From Chlamydiales bacterium (GTDB lineage: Bacteria > Chlamydiota > Chlamydiia > Chlamydiales > JAAKFR01), in the NCBI GenBank assembly GCA_020831465.1, contig JAFIGI010000030.1, forward strand, positions 11,891 through 75,890: a stretch of 64,000 nucleotides of DNA. Reading direction: 5' to 3'. The position numbers and the translations under genes were made by a program. Under the pieces are notes generated by a model, which was not told the DNA's origin, did no database searches, and was given only the letters and a program-made list of their open reading frames with translations. Below are positions 9,231 through 18,753 of the stretch, piece after piece (the first letter of the stretch is position 1; every line of letters starts with the position of its first letter).

Positions 9231-10589
9231 TTAATGCCCCATTTCTTTTGAATAGGCGTATAAGCCGTCCTTGACGATTTGAATCATTTCGATTTTGGAA
9301 GGACAGATAAAGGTGGGAAGGGCGAAGTCATCGGCTGTGACTTCCAGCAAACCCAAACTCTCGGCGAGCTCAAAATCTTCTGAGAGAATCGCTTTGATCA
9401 GATGCACGGTCGGAATCCGCATCGGCATCACGCGGTCGTAAACTCTACTATCGATAAAAGCACGCTCTTCTCCGTGTTGGTTCGTTGAGAAAGGATAGCC
9501 CTTTTCGGGAGGTTTTATGTGGCCGGTAAAATAGGCGCGCGTCGCGGTGAATTTATCAAAGCCGGGGCGGAGAAAATGAAAAGATTGCCTTTCGGTATTT
9601 TCCGGAATTACCGTGAACGCCGTTTGGTAAAATCCCACAAAATCATGCGTGTCGACTTTGGTCCCCGTAAGGGGGTCACCGGTGATAAAACGAAGAAGGT
9701 TGTTCGTCAGCCGATCTGCAATTAAAACATTGACTGGAAAGCCTGCACGTGCGCGGAAAAAACCAGTCTTTCCTTCGATGATTCCGTTTCCTCCGATGCC
9801 AAGAATCCTATCTGTAAAATAACGCCCCTCGAGCGCCATTTTTCCAACGGTCAAGACATCGACTGCAGACAAGGTCCACACACAATCGTTGGCATTTTTG
9901 ATTGGGTCGATTTTGTGTATATGAAGAGACGAGGTGCCTGCAGGATGAGGGCCGGAGACGGTGTGCTTTTCCACTCCTTGCGCCTGGCTAAAAGCCTTAC
10001 AATCTGAGTTTTCTTTATAAACAAGATGCAGCTTCCCTCTTGTCAGCTTTTTAAGCGTGTCAAGTCCGGCTTGAAAGTAAACTTCATTTCCCTCGACCTG
10101 CATCTCAGCGGAGGGGAGGAAGGGGAGCGTCTCGATTGCCCGTACAAAAATGGCGCGTGGTTCATATTTCGGATCGGCCACCAAATCAAAAGGACGCATT
10201 CGGATATGGGGAAAAATCCCCGAGCGCATAAAAAAGTCGAGAATCTCTTCACGAGAAGCGACCGGACTTAACTTCTCACGCTCGAAGTCAAGTTCATGCG
10301 GATCTAAGTCGATCACAATATCGAGAAGGCGCCGCTTCAAACCGCGCCGGATTTCGCTGACCACCCCTCCTGCCGGAGAGACAAACATTTGGCCGGGAAG
10401 GGATTTGCTCTCGACCAAAGGTTGACCGATCTTAACGCTTTCCCCTGCCTTCACATGCACTTTGAAACGCGTTTTATCGAACGGATCAAGGTTTAGGGCG
10501 ATTTGCTTTGGCTTGGGCAGGTCGCGAACAGGACCCTCAGGCTTCCCTTCCAAAGGCACGTCGAGCCCTTTTTTCACGACAATCTTCAT
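9231..10589 (-). CDS. nqrA: Na+-translocating NADH:quinone oxidoreductase subunit A
   Basis: 452 aa with N-terminus MKIVVKKGLDVPLEGKPEG typical of NqrA. It is an orphan gene away from nqrB-F, as in Chlamydia. Confidence 0.9.
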   Translation of the reverse strand: MKIVVKKGLDVPLEGKPEGPVRDLPKPKQIALNLDPFDKTRFKVHVKAGESVKIGQPLVESKSLPGQMFVSPAGGVVSEIRRGLKRRLLDIVIDLDPHELDFEREKLSPVASREEILDFFMRSGIFPHIRMRPFDLVADPKYEPRAIFVRAIETLPFLPSAEMQVEGNEVYFQAGLDTLKKLTRGKLHLVYKENSDCKAFSQAQGVEKHTVSGPHPAGTSSLHIHKIDPIKNANDCVWTLSAVDVLTVGKMALEGRYFTDRILGIGGNGIIEGKTGFFRARAGFPVNVLIADRLTNNLLRFITGDPLTGTKVDTHDFVGFYQTAFTVIPENTERQSFHFLRPGFDKFTATRAYFTGHIKPPEKGYPFSTNQHGEERAFIDSRVYDRVMPMRIPTVHLIKAILSEDFELAESLGLLEVTADDFALPTFICPSKIEMIQIVKDGLYAYSKEMGH

Positions 10590-10610
10590 GTTGGGGGATT
10601 ATAACCAAAA

Positions 10611-11027
10611 TCAAAGCGGGATCCAGTGTTTTTTCTTTGCGAAACGGCCGGGCTGTTTTTTCCTTGGCTTTTCCGCTCTCTTCTCAAATTGCTCCTCTCC
10701 GATTCGCGCGCGAGCCTCTCTTTTGTATTTTTCACACGCATCTTTGACTTTCTGAAGCGCTTCCCACTGCTCTTTCGAGAAATTGTTCGGATTCGAAGCG
10801 TAAGCTTCCAACTGTTCGCGGTTCATCCCTGTACGTTGGTAGATCTCTTCGGCTTTTTCATTTAGTTCATCGAGGCGTTTCTGCGTCTTGTTGATGATCT
10901 CGGAATAGTCGCCAAAGCGCTCTTGTTTAGCATCCTCTTCCGACTCAGGCTCCTCTTCAAGCTTTATATCGTACATGGTAAGAACATCTTCCAAAGCTTT
11001 GCGCACTTCCTCTTCACTCTCTGACAT
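10611..11027 (-). CDS. Acidic/basic hypothetical protein in the position of the conserved chlamydial gene between nqrA and greA
   Basis: 138-aa ORF with coherent charged coiled-coil-like composition and a syntenic position. No recognised domain. Confidence 0.6.
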   Translation of the reverse strand: MSESEEEVRKALEDVLTMYDIKLEEEPESEEDAKQERFGDYSEIINKTQKRLDELNEKAEEIYQRTGMNREQLEAYASNPNNFSKEQWEALQKVKDACEKYKREARARIGEEQFEKRAEKPRKKQPGRFAKKKHWIPL

Positions 11028-11213
11028 TGCTCCCCCGATTCGTTAACTTTTTTGGGATAGGTTCATACTATCTCCATTCTACAGCGAAAATTTTAATTTG
11101 TAAGCCCATTATTCCAACTTCATATAAAAAAACATTTATCAAGTTTTTATTGCTCTTTTTTTCTGAGAGATGTATATTTTTCATCAAAAACTGCATAAAT
11201 TAGGGACATAAGA

Positions 11214-13379
11214 ATGAGTTACTTAGAGGAGTTTACCCTTCTCATTGAGGACGCAAAGCTGGCAAATTTCCTGCGCCTCTGGGAAGAATATTGTATGGCT
11301 GACCATACCGACGCTGATGAGCTGAATCATATTTTAAGAGTGATTAAAAATTCGACTCTTTCACAAACGTTCGGTCAGTTCGCAGAAACCGTTCTTACTC
11401 TATGGCAAAAGATTGAAGACCCCGTCAAATCAGGAGAAACCCTCCGCCTCGTGCTCGATCTGCAGACCACCAATAGCCCCCTCCTCGCCGATCTTGCAAC
11501 CGATTTTCTCAAACGCCGCTACGGAGAAGACAAACATTTTAACGAAAAACTCCGCATTGTGGGATTGCTTACCCGCCGCTCTTTTCAGGGAGCCATCTCC
11601 AACTATGAACTTCTAACTCATATGGATATAGGCAAATTCGTCTTCCACTCGGGCGGATGGGGTGTTGGAGAAGTCATGGATATCTCTATCTTACGCGAAC
11701 ACGTAGTCCTTGAGTTCGAGGGAATTACAGCTTTAAAAGATCTCTCTTTTGATAACGCTTTCAAAAACCTAATTCCCCTTCCTTCAGAACATTTCCTCTC
11801 ACGCCGCTTCGGCAATCCCGACGCGCTTGAAAAGGAGGGAAAAGAAGATCCTATTTTTCTAATCAGACTTCTTTTAAAGGACTTAGGGCCAAAAACCGCC
11901 CAAGAGATCAAAGAGGAACTTTGCGAGCTTGTAATCCCCGAGAGCGACTGGCAGAAATGGTGGGGAGCCGCACGGGCGAAAATCAAAAAAGATGTGAAAA
12001 TCAAATCCCCAAAAACAGCGAGAGAAGCCTTTATCCTCCGCGAGGAAGGGGTCCCGCACGAAGTCCGCTTCAAAGATGCCTTGAAAGAGACCAAAGGGAT
12101 CGATGAGCAGATCCAGGTGATCTATAATTTTACGCGTGATTTCCCCGAAGTTCTGAAAAACTTGGAACTCAAGCAGCAGATAAAAACACTTTTACTGGAG
12201 GGGCTGGAAGAAGATGACAGAGCTCCTGATATGAGCATCAGCAGGAAAATTCAGATCACCTACCTTCTGGAAGAGATCTTTCCGAGCGAATTCCCTGATG
12301 CTTCGGCCAGTTTAATCAAGCAAATTGAAAACATCGAAACGATTTTGAACTTAATCGAAATCGTCGCTTTCAAAAAACGGACGTTGACAGTTCTCCGTGC
12401 GCACCGCTCAGACTGGGGTACTATTTTTCTCCACCTCCTTTTTACCATTTCACAAGGGCCGATCCGAGATTATATTTTTAAAGAGCTCGACTCTGACTCC
12501 GGTACACAAGGCCTCTTGAAAGAGAAGATCCATGAGTTACTAAATAAAATGACACTCTATCCGGAAGCCTTTTTCTGGTATTTCCAAAAAATTGCCTCGG
12601 GAGACGAAGTTCCTTATTCCGATCAAATCGGCCGGTACCATTTTTTCGAAGCGTTGCTGATTATGCTCCATTTCGTCGAAGATAAACCCGAACAGAGAGA
12701 ACTCGCAAAGAAGATACACCAGCTTCTTCTCGCAAAACGCTACGCCGTCGTACGCAAAATGATCGAGGGGGCAAGCGTGGAGTATTTGAGGGAATTTCTT
12801 CTCTTAGCAAGCAAATGTCAAAGTTTCACCAAGCATGATTTGCGGATTTTTCAAAATCTCGCCGAAGTCGTGCGTCCGGAGCTAGGCAAAAAGAAAAAAG
12901 AAAAAAAAGAAGAAGTTGAAGTGATTTGGACCACTCAGGAGGGATATCAGAAAATTCAAGAACGGATCCAGCACATCGGGACTGTCGAGACTGTCGACAA
13001 TGCGCGTGAGATCGAGGCCGCTCGTGCACTTGGGGATTTACGGGAAAATGCCGAATACAAATACGCTCTGGAAAGGCGCTCCCGTCTTCAGGCTGAGCTC
13101 AAAACCCTTACCCAGCAGCTTAACAAGGCGCGGATTCTCACTAGAGAAGATATCGCCACTGATAAGGTTAGCGTTGGCGCTATTGTCAACCTTATGGATT
13201 CCAAAGGGAAAAAGATTACCTATACATTGCTAGGGCCTTGGGATGCCGATCCTGACCAACACGTCCTCTCTTTCCAATCGAAACTTGCACAAGCCATGAT
13301 TGGCCACAAGGAGGGAGAATCATTTGACTTTCAAGGCGAACACTATACAGTTAAAGGGATTAAAAGTTATTTAAGTTAG
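11214..13379 (+). CDS. greA: Transcript cleavage factor GreA, long chlamydial form
   Basis: 721 aa. The C-terminal ~155 aa form a GreA domain (ARALGDLRENAEYKYALERRSRLQAELKTLTQQL..). The ~560-aa N-terminal extension matches chlamydial GreA. Confidence 0.9.
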   Translation: MSYLEEFTLLIEDAKLANFLRLWEEYCMADHTDADELNHILRVIKNSTLSQTFGQFAETVLTLWQKIEDPVKSGETLRLVLDLQTTNSPLLADLATDFLKRRYGEDKHFNEKLRIVGLLTRRSFQGAISNYELLTHMDIGKFVFHSGGWGVGEVMDISILREHVVLEFEGITALKDLSFDNAFKNLIPLPSEHFLSRRFGNPDALEKEGKEDPIFLIRLLLKDLGPKTAQEIKEELCELVIPESDWQKWWGAARAKIKKDVKIKSPKTAREAFILREEGVPHEVRFKDALKETKGIDEQIQVIYNFTRDFPEVLKNLELKQQIKTLLLEGLEEDDRAPDMSISRKIQITYLLEEIFPSEFPDASASLIKQIENIETILNLIEIVAFKKRTLTVLRAHRSDWGTIFLHLLFTISQGPIRDYIFKELDSDSGTQGLLKEKIHELLNKMTLYPEAFFWYFQKIASGDEVPYSDQIGRYHFFEALLIMLHFVEDKPEQRELAKKIHQLLLAKRYAVVRKMIEGASVEYLREFLLLASKCQSFTKHDLRIFQNLAEVVRPELGKKKKEKKEEVEVIWTTQEGYQKIQERIQHIGTVETVDNAREIEAARALGDLRENAEYKYALERRSRLQAELKTLTQQLNKARILTREDIATDKVSVGAIVNLMDSKGKKITYTLLGPWDADPDQHVLSFQSKLAQAMIGHKEGESFDFQGEHYTVKGIKSYLS

Positions 13380-14003
13380 ATGGATTTAGTCGTCGCAACA
13401 CAAAACGGACATAAGATCCGGGAAATCCGCACACTCTTGAAACACTTGAAGGAGTACGATATCTACTCTCTCTTGGATTTTCCCGATTATGCTCCCCCTC
13501 CGGAAACAGGAGAAACCTTTGAAGCGAATGCCCACTTGAAAGCCGAGAGAGCCGCAAAGGCTTTTGGAAAATGGACGCTAGCAGATGATTCCGGGCTTGT
13601 TGTTCCCGCCCTTGGCGGGGCGCCGGGAATTTATTCCGCGCGTTACGCAGGCGAAGGGGCTTCCGATAAAGATAACCGAAAGAAGCTGCTAAAAGAAATG
13701 GAGGGTCTTAAAGGGGAAAGACGTTTCGCCTACTTCGAGTGCTGCATCGTCCTAGCCTCTCCTGAAGGCGTCCGAAAGACCGTCACAGGGTATTGCGAAG
13801 GGATGGTGACTGAAGAAGAGAGGGGCGGAAACGGGTTCGGGTACGACTCCCTTTTTATCAAACACGACTACAATCAAACTTTTGCCGAACTAGGTGAGCT
13901 GCTAAAAAACCAAGTCTCCCATCGAGCAAAGGCGCTCGAAAAAATGTTAATCACCTTTGAAAGCCTCGCGCAGAAAGAAACAGAGTCTATGAAAGATCTC
14001 TAA
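13380..14003 (+). CDS. rdgB: dITP/XTP pyrophosphatase (Ham1/RdgB)
   Basis: 207 aa with LVVATQNGHKIREI, ADDSGL.V.ALGGAPGIYSARY, GFGYD and SHRAKA. It starts immediately after the greA stop. Confidence 0.9.
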   Translation: MDLVVATQNGHKIREIRTLLKHLKEYDIYSLLDFPDYAPPPETGETFEANAHLKAERAAKAFGKWTLADDSGLVVPALGGAPGIYSARYAGEGASDKDNRKKLLKEMEGLKGERRFAYFECCIVLASPEGVRKTVTGYCEGMVTEEERGGNGFGYDSLFIKHDYNQTFAELGELLKNQVSHRAKALEKMLITFESLAQKETESMKDL

Positions 14004-14088
14004 GAAGCTGTACTAAAGATCATTCTTTCCTTAGGTAGACTAAACGACCTCGAACAGGTATTTTTTCAGGAAAATCAAGTCTTTCAAT

Positions 14089-14223
14089 TTTTTCAACTGA
14101 TTCTGCTATACATCGAGATAGACCGCTCTTAAATTTGGCGTAACCGCACCCAATAATGCCCTTTGAAGGGATAATTTCGCATGTACTATAGGTACCATAG
14201 TTATAGCAGAATCTGTTGAAAAA
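14089..14223. repeat. Palindromic-repeat arms in inverted order enclosing 90 nt
   Basis: tttttcaactgattctgctata (14089-14110), then 90 nt, then ttatagcagaatctgttgaaaaa (14201-14223). The arms match the family consensus but in the opposite order to the compact copies. Decayed partner arms are faintly visible at ~14062-14088 and ~14224-14245. Confidence 0.8.
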
Positions 14224-14250
14224 TATTTTATCAAAACATAGACTTTTGAG

Positions 14251-15102
14251 ATGCATTCTGTAAATACTAATTGGTCACCTTTTCCTTCCGATAAGGAAAC
14301 AGTTGAAGAAATTAAAGATAGAGATTTATTTAGTCAACAGCCTCTAGATATTATTATTAAAATATTTACCTACTTAAGTGTTGTTGAACTGGCAAAATGT
14401 GGCGAGATTAGTAGAAAATTTAGAAGATTAGCATCTGACAGCTGCCTATGGAATGCTTTCGATTTAAAGAGAATTTCTCCCTTACTAAAAGTTTTTGATG
14501 AATCAGATTGGGTCACCCATTTCGATATCTCTTCCTTTGGACTTGATGTTACAGATGCTCCTTCACTTGATAAACGTAAAACGATTCCGAACCTAAAAAG
14601 ACACCTTTCATCTCTTCCGATAGAAGGAGATGCAGGAATTACATTATTGACAATTCCAAAAGGTCTTACACTTAAAAAGCTTTTGGAGCTTGCAAGATCG
14701 ACATCTAAAATGGAGGAGAGAACTCAGTTTAGAAATATTTCAGATCATATTATAAGAGAAATAGGAGATATTTCAATTGATAAAACGTATCGAATAATAA
14801 TCACAAATAACATATTAAAAAAAAGTCGAAATTTATCTATTGATGAACATATAGCTCTTGTAATTAAAATCGGTTGTGAGATGCCGAAGGTATTAGAAGC
14901 GTCCGTTCTTCTCGTTGTAACTTTTATGATCTCTGGAGAAAGCCTATATAGCAATATCCCCGTAACTTATACGCGTTGTTCAGAGCAAATTTCTGATTAT
15001 CAATTGGCTGTTGGAGGCTTCATGCGCGATGGCGTCTTCGTGACCCGCTGTGCCTCCAACTACGAAACCCTTGGCGTCGCAGCTGTGCTACACAAGTTCT
15101 AG
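14251..15102 (+). CDS. F-box domain protein (eukaryote-like)
   Basis: 283 aa. The F-box signature is LPLDIIIKIFTYLSVVELAKCGEISRKFRRLASDSCLWN (aa ~31-69). The gene is visibly much more AT-rich than its neighbours. The C-terminal ~200 aa are unrecognised. Confidence 0.8.
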   Translation: MHSVNTNWSPFPSDKETVEEIKDRDLFSQQPLDIIIKIFTYLSVVELAKCGEISRKFRRLASDSCLWNAFDLKRISPLLKVFDESDWVTHFDISSFGLDVTDAPSLDKRKTIPNLKRHLSSLPIEGDAGITLLTIPKGLTLKKLLELARSTSKMEERTQFRNISDHIIREIGDISIDKTYRIIITNNILKKSRNLSIDEHIALVIKIGCEMPKVLEASVLLVVTFMISGESLYSNIPVTYTRCSEQISDYQLAVGGFMRDGVFVTRCASNYETLGVAAVLHKF

Positions 15103-15165
15103 GTCCTTCGCTTTTGGAAATTTTGTTTTTCGCCAAGTTGAGGATATGCGGATTAGCTGATCTTT

Positions 15166-15187
15166 TTAGCAGAATCAGTTGAAAAAA
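15166..15187. repeat. Palindromic repeat, single (left-type) arm
   Basis: tttagcagaatcagttgaaaaa, located between the F-box gene end and the convergent small ORF. Confidence 0.75.
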
Positions 15188-15193
15188 CAAACT

Positions 15194-15412
15194 CTATGAA
15201 AGATCTCTGAGGGCCTTCTCGAGCGAGTTGCGGATTTCTTTGACTAGGGCAAAACCGCGGCTGATCTGCTCCATCTCAACTTCGAATTGCTTTAATTCAC
15301 CTAATTCTTTAGAAGATTCGATCCCTTTCGGCTGCTCGGCCGCTTTCATTGAAGCGCGCGGTTTTGAAGTCAATCTGCTGGAACTTGGAAGACCGGATAT
15401 TTCTTGATTCAT
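15194..15412 (-). CDS. Hypothetical small protein, translationally coupled downstream of ung
   Basis: 72-aa ORF whose start overlaps the ung stop by 4 nt. No recognised motif. Confidence 0.45.
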   Translation of the reverse strand: MNQEISGLPSSSRLTSKPRASMKAAEQPKGIESSKELGELKQFEVEMEQISRGFALVKEIRNSLEKALRDLS

Positions 15413-16098
15413 GACAGTGCCCAGTTGATAGGTTGCTTTCCTTGCTTTTTAAGCAGTTCGTTAATTTTTGAAAAGTGGCGGCATCCAAAAAAACCGCTAT
15501 GCGCAGAATAGGGAGAGGGATGAGAAGCGGTCAAAACATAGTGGTGGGAAGCAAGCGCTCCGCATTTATCCTGAGCCGATTTTCCCCACAAGACAAAGAT
15601 TACAGGATCAAGGCGCGCGTTTAAGACCTGTACAACCCCGTCGGTGAATTCTTCCCACCCCTTCCCATGGTGGGAGCGCGGCTCCCCGGCACGAACGGTT
15701 AAAATCGCATTCAGCATCAATACGCCCTGCTTGGCCCACTCTTCCAAGTTGCCATGGTTGGGAGGCTCAATTCCAAGATCATCTTGAAGCTCTTTAAAAA
15801 TGTTTTTGAGAGAGGGAGGTTGACGCACACCGCGTGGCACACTGAAGCTCAATCCATGCGCTTGGCCCTGCCCATGGTAGGGGTCTTGCCCGATGATCAC
15901 GACCCGCACTCCTTCCAACGACGTCTGGTTGAAAGCGTTAAACACATCCTGTTTAGGTGGATAGACAGAAGCTCCAGAGCTCCGTTCTCTTGCAAGGAAC
16001 TGAGCTAAGTTATCCATATAGGGCTTTTTCCACTCCTCCTGAAGCGCTTCGGCCCAGCTCTTTTCGATTTGCGGCGGTGGTTTCATAAAAAACACCAT
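15409..16098 (-). CDS. ung: Uracil-DNA glycosylase
   Basis: Motifs [22 protein letters not shown] and HPSPYSA. An alternative ATG lies at 16086. Confidence 0.95.
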   Translation of the reverse strand: MVFFMKPPPQIEKSWAEALQEEWKKPYMDNLAQFLARERSSGASVYPPKQDVFNAFNQTSLEGVRVVIIGQDPYHGQGQAHGLSFSVPRGVRQPPSLKNIFKELQDDLGIEPPNHGNLEEWAKQGVLMLNAILTVRAGEPRSHHGKGWEEFTDGVVQVLNARLDPVIFVLWGKSAQDKCGALASHHYVLTASHPSPYSAHSGFFGCRHFSKINELLKKQGKQPINWALS

Positions 16099-16142
16099 AC
16101 ACCCTTGTCAGGTATAAGTCAAAGTGGTAGACTTCTGAACCT

Positions 16143-16397
16143 ATGAAAGATCTAGCTGAAAATAATCTCGTTCGTTTTAAAAATATTTCCAAAAATAAAG
16201 AGGGCATTTTTGCCAACTTCAAGGTGAAAGGCATCCGTAACGGCACGACGTTCACTGCAACCATAGCCGTCGATTTGGACGCAGCCGACGTCGACCCCGG
16301 CGACCCTCTTGAGAATATCATTGAGGCTTGCGCGCGAATCGGCGTGGAAGAGTTTCAAAAGAGCGAATTTCAATTTGAAGGATTGACCTCGATCTGA
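16143..16397 (+). CDS. Hypothetical protein
   Basis: 84-aa ORF with an ATG start, ending 4 nt before the tRNA. No recognised domain. Confidence 0.45.
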   Translation: MKDLAENNLVRFKNISKNKEGIFANFKVKGIRNGTTFTATIAVDLDAADVDPGDPLENIIEACARIGVEEFQKSEFQFEGLTSI

Positions 16398-16401
16398 GAA
16401 C

Positions 16402-16475
16402 CTGGGTGTAGCGCAGCCTGGTAGCGCACTTGCATGGGGTGCAAGGGGGCGGAGGTTCGAATCCTCTCACCCAGA
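16402..16475 (+). tRNA. tRNA-Pro (anticodon GGG)
   Basis: Hand-folded cloverleaf. Acceptor CTGGGTG/CACCCAG, D arm GCGC-AGCCTGGTA-GCGC, anticodon arm CTTGC-ATGGGGT-GCAAG (GGG at 34-36, G37). Variable loop GGGGC, T arm GGAGG-TTCGAAT-CCTCT, discriminator A. CCA is not encoded. Confidence 0.9.
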
Positions 16476-16657
16476 TTCCTTTACCTTGAGAAAAGGAACC
16501 CGAAATGGACTATAGTGTTGAAACCCAAAAAAAGAAATTTTTCATTGGAGTCGAGCTGAGGACAAATAATGAAGAATGTTCTTTCTTGTAAATCTAGCCG
16601 ATTCTCCAACCTTAATTTAAGCATTTATTTTCGATTATTGGTATAAAAAGCCCGAAG

Positions 16658-17854
16658 CTACCACTGAATGATGTTCAAAAGGCCGACGCCTTGGATATAA
16701 AAGAAAAAAGCCGTCAATATCATGAGAGAGACTATGAGTTTTTTGTTGCTGTAAACCTTGTTCGCGGCCGGATTTTTGTGGATATAGCGCGCTGACCAGA
16801 AAAATAAAAGGGGTATCGCAGCCCCTAAGGCGACCTCTCCAAAATTCTCATACCCAGTGATTATTTTCCTAATAAGCTCTTCAGGAAGCATGCTTAAAAG
16901 GGCAGGAGGAAAGGCAATAAGAACTGAAATTAGGGCTCTTTTTCTCCAAGGCGCCTTCATTTCTAGCTTACGAAAAAGATCGGAAAAAAAATGGAAACTT
17001 GAAAGGCCCGTTGTCAAGAGCCCGGCGCAAAATCCGAAAAAGGGAATCAGTTCCAGACCTCGTCTTGCCATAAAATGGGTATAAAAATTTCTCAGATCGT
17101 CGATGAAGGGTTCATAATTTTCAAATGCTTGTATGAATCCAAGTTCCACCTCTGGAGTGACGATCAACCAAACCCATAACCAATAGAGCACAAGTGGAAT
17201 AAGCGTTCCGATCCATATCGCAACTTTCGCGTGTTTCCAGTTTCCTTTAAGCAAAGAGAGGACCAGAGGGACTACACTTTGGTAGAAAAAAATGTCGTAC
17301 AACCCGGAAAACCCCAAAAAAAGATAGATCCAGTTGGTAAACAGAATCTCATGTGGAGAAGGAAGACTTCCAAATGAGAAAAATAAGATCAGAGATCCAA
17401 TCAGACCGCATGCAAATAGAAAATTAGCAAAGACAGAAAAACGAAAACCCAAGAAAAGGAATGAGCCGTAGAGAAGAAAGAGAGCTAAGTTTTTCTGGTA
17501 GACAGGGATATCTCCAATCAGAGGCTGGAGATTTCCAAATATAAGCGAAGCACCGAAAATGAAATACATGGTGCTATATCCATAATGAAGCAAGAGAAAG
17601 ATCGTCGAACTTGCAGCCCCACCAATCGGCCCAAAATATTTCCTAGAAAGAGACGGAATATTTGCACCTAAAGGCTCTAGCGCACAAACTTCAAGAAATA
17701 TAAGGCCTGTATAAAGAACATAAGCCCAAATTAAGATCGAGCCGATCATAGCAGGCAAAAATCCGATCGAAGCGACAACAACGCCTAGATAAATAAACCC
17801 TAGTGCCGCTATATAGCCGACCAAAATTCCAATCGCTAAAAGAAGGCGTATCAA
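16658..17854 (-). CDS. Divergent HAAAP-family (TyrP-like) amino-acid permease paralogue
   Basis: 398-aa polytopic membrane protein with a TTG start. The N-terminal third aligns by eye with the two tyrP genes at 29-31.5 kb (..GFLP..W......L.FLEV......N..S......G), but the GAGMLALP motif is degenerate. Confidence 0.5.
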   Translation of the reverse strand: MIRLLLAIGILVGYIAALGFIYLGVVVASIGFLPAMIGSILIWAYVLYTGLIFLEVCALEPLGANIPSLSRKYFGPIGGAASSTIFLLLHYGYSTMYFIFGASLIFGNLQPLIGDIPVYQKNLALFLLYGSFLFLGFRFSVFANFLFACGLIGSLILFFSFGSLPSPHEILFTNWIYLFLGFSGLYDIFFYQSVVPLVLSLLKGNWKHAKVAIWIGTLIPLVLYWLWVWLIVTPEVELGFIQAFENYEPFIDDLRNFYTHFMARRGLELIPFFGFCAGLLTTGLSSFHFFSDLFRKLEMKAPWRKRALISVLIAFPPALLSMLPEELIRKIITGYENFGEVALGAAIPLLFFWSARYIHKNPAANKVYSNKKLIVSLMILTAFFFYIQGVGLLNIIQW

Positions 17855-17922
17855 TGGAACCTCAATTTCTTCTCATTGAAATTCCGATCAAACAGAAAAA
17901 TGAAAATTCTAACCAGAGTTTT

Positions 17923-18753
17923 TTAGATTTTTGTCCAAAATCCAACTGTTTTATCAGTGACCTGGTACGGGTTCTCGTTAGCTATAGTGAGGAGCTGTTG
18001 TTTAAAAGCAGAAACCTCTTGCTCAAAGCCCATCAGATTCATGAAATTGAGAATGCGTGTGATGCGCAGGTAATTATGATTCCCTGAAGTTACCCAGTTC
18101 TTTTTTCGCTCTTCCCAGTTTTCACTCCTAACTATACCCTCCTCGCTGCACTGAAGCCCGTAAAAGGTAAGCATTCTGTCAAATGCGCGTAGGACATTTT
18201 TTATTATGGTTCCATCGGATTTCATCCTTCCAAGGAGCTCTGTAGTCAACAAGGGCGCTTTGGAGTTAAATTTACTAGGTTCGAACGCCGGAAAAAGCCA
18301 CTGAATAAAGTTGTGTGTAGCTTCCAGCCACGGATCGGTTTGACTAAGAATAAACTCCAAATTCCTCCCTTCAGCATCCTCTCCTTTTCCTGAATAGAAA
18401 GGAATCAGAGCACTTGCGGAGTCCTTACCTACCACCTCTTTTGTGAAAATAGGAGGAGGAGGAGTCGATACTGTAGTTGAATTTTTGCGCCGATGAGTAG
18501 GGTCTAAGAGGACAACGGGCTTTGGATCCGACTTGCAGTGAAATAGGGCTGCAAGCACGACCAATCCTAAGGCGAGAGCGCCGAACCCTGCATATGTTGC
18601 GTAGGCCGGAAGCCATCCGATCCCGCCGGCAACCATAGCGCCAATAGAGGCGATGATCCAAAGCGCGCAGGCGATTTCCCCTGCTGTGCGCTTTGAGCTC
18701 TTCGCCTGCTGCATAAAAAAATTGTTACAATCAACTCTTTTATTATGAAACAT
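17923..18753 (-). CDS. Membrane protein with a bilobed hydrophobic segment (Inc-like) and a C-terminal OGFr-N-like domain
   Basis: 276 aa. Two adjacent hydrophobic helices lie at aa ~25-72 (IACALWIIASIGAMVAGGIGWLPAYATYAGFGALALGLVVLAALF). The C-terminal THNFIQWLFPAFEPSKFNSKAPLLT...MLTFYGL...NHNYLRITRILNFM matches the opioid-growth-factor-receptor conserved-region pattern as I recall it. Confidence 0.6.
   Translation of the reverse strand: MFHNKRVDCNNFFMQQAKSSKRTAGEIACALWIIASIGAMVAGGIGWLPAYATYAGFGALALGLVVLAALFHCKSDPKPVVLLDPTHRRKNSTTVSTPPPPIFTKEVVGKDSASALIPFYSGKGEDAEGRNLEFILSQTDPWLEATHNFIQWLFPAFEPSKFNSKAPLLTTELLGRMKSDGTIIKNVLRAFDRMLTFYGLQCSEEGIVRSENWEERKKNWVTSGNHNYLRITRILNFMNLMGFEQEVSAFKQQLLTIANENPYQVTDKTVGFWTKI

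Noticed and set aside
14089-14223. Reading the repeat as an integron attC site (TTTCAAC ... GTTGAAA resembling RYYYAAC ... GTTRRRY, 135 bp)
   Set aside because: Both boxes miss the consensus at the R/Y end positions. In all compact copies the boxes are at the centre, which is the wrong order for attC. No intI-like integrase or attI is present in the window. The idea is kept only as a thought to test genome-wide.
14020-14256. 78-aa minus-strand ORF between rdgB and the F-box gene
   Set aside because: It is built almost entirely from the two repeat arms and the 90-nt spacer, has no recognisable motif and has odd composition. It is most likely a by-product of the repeat.
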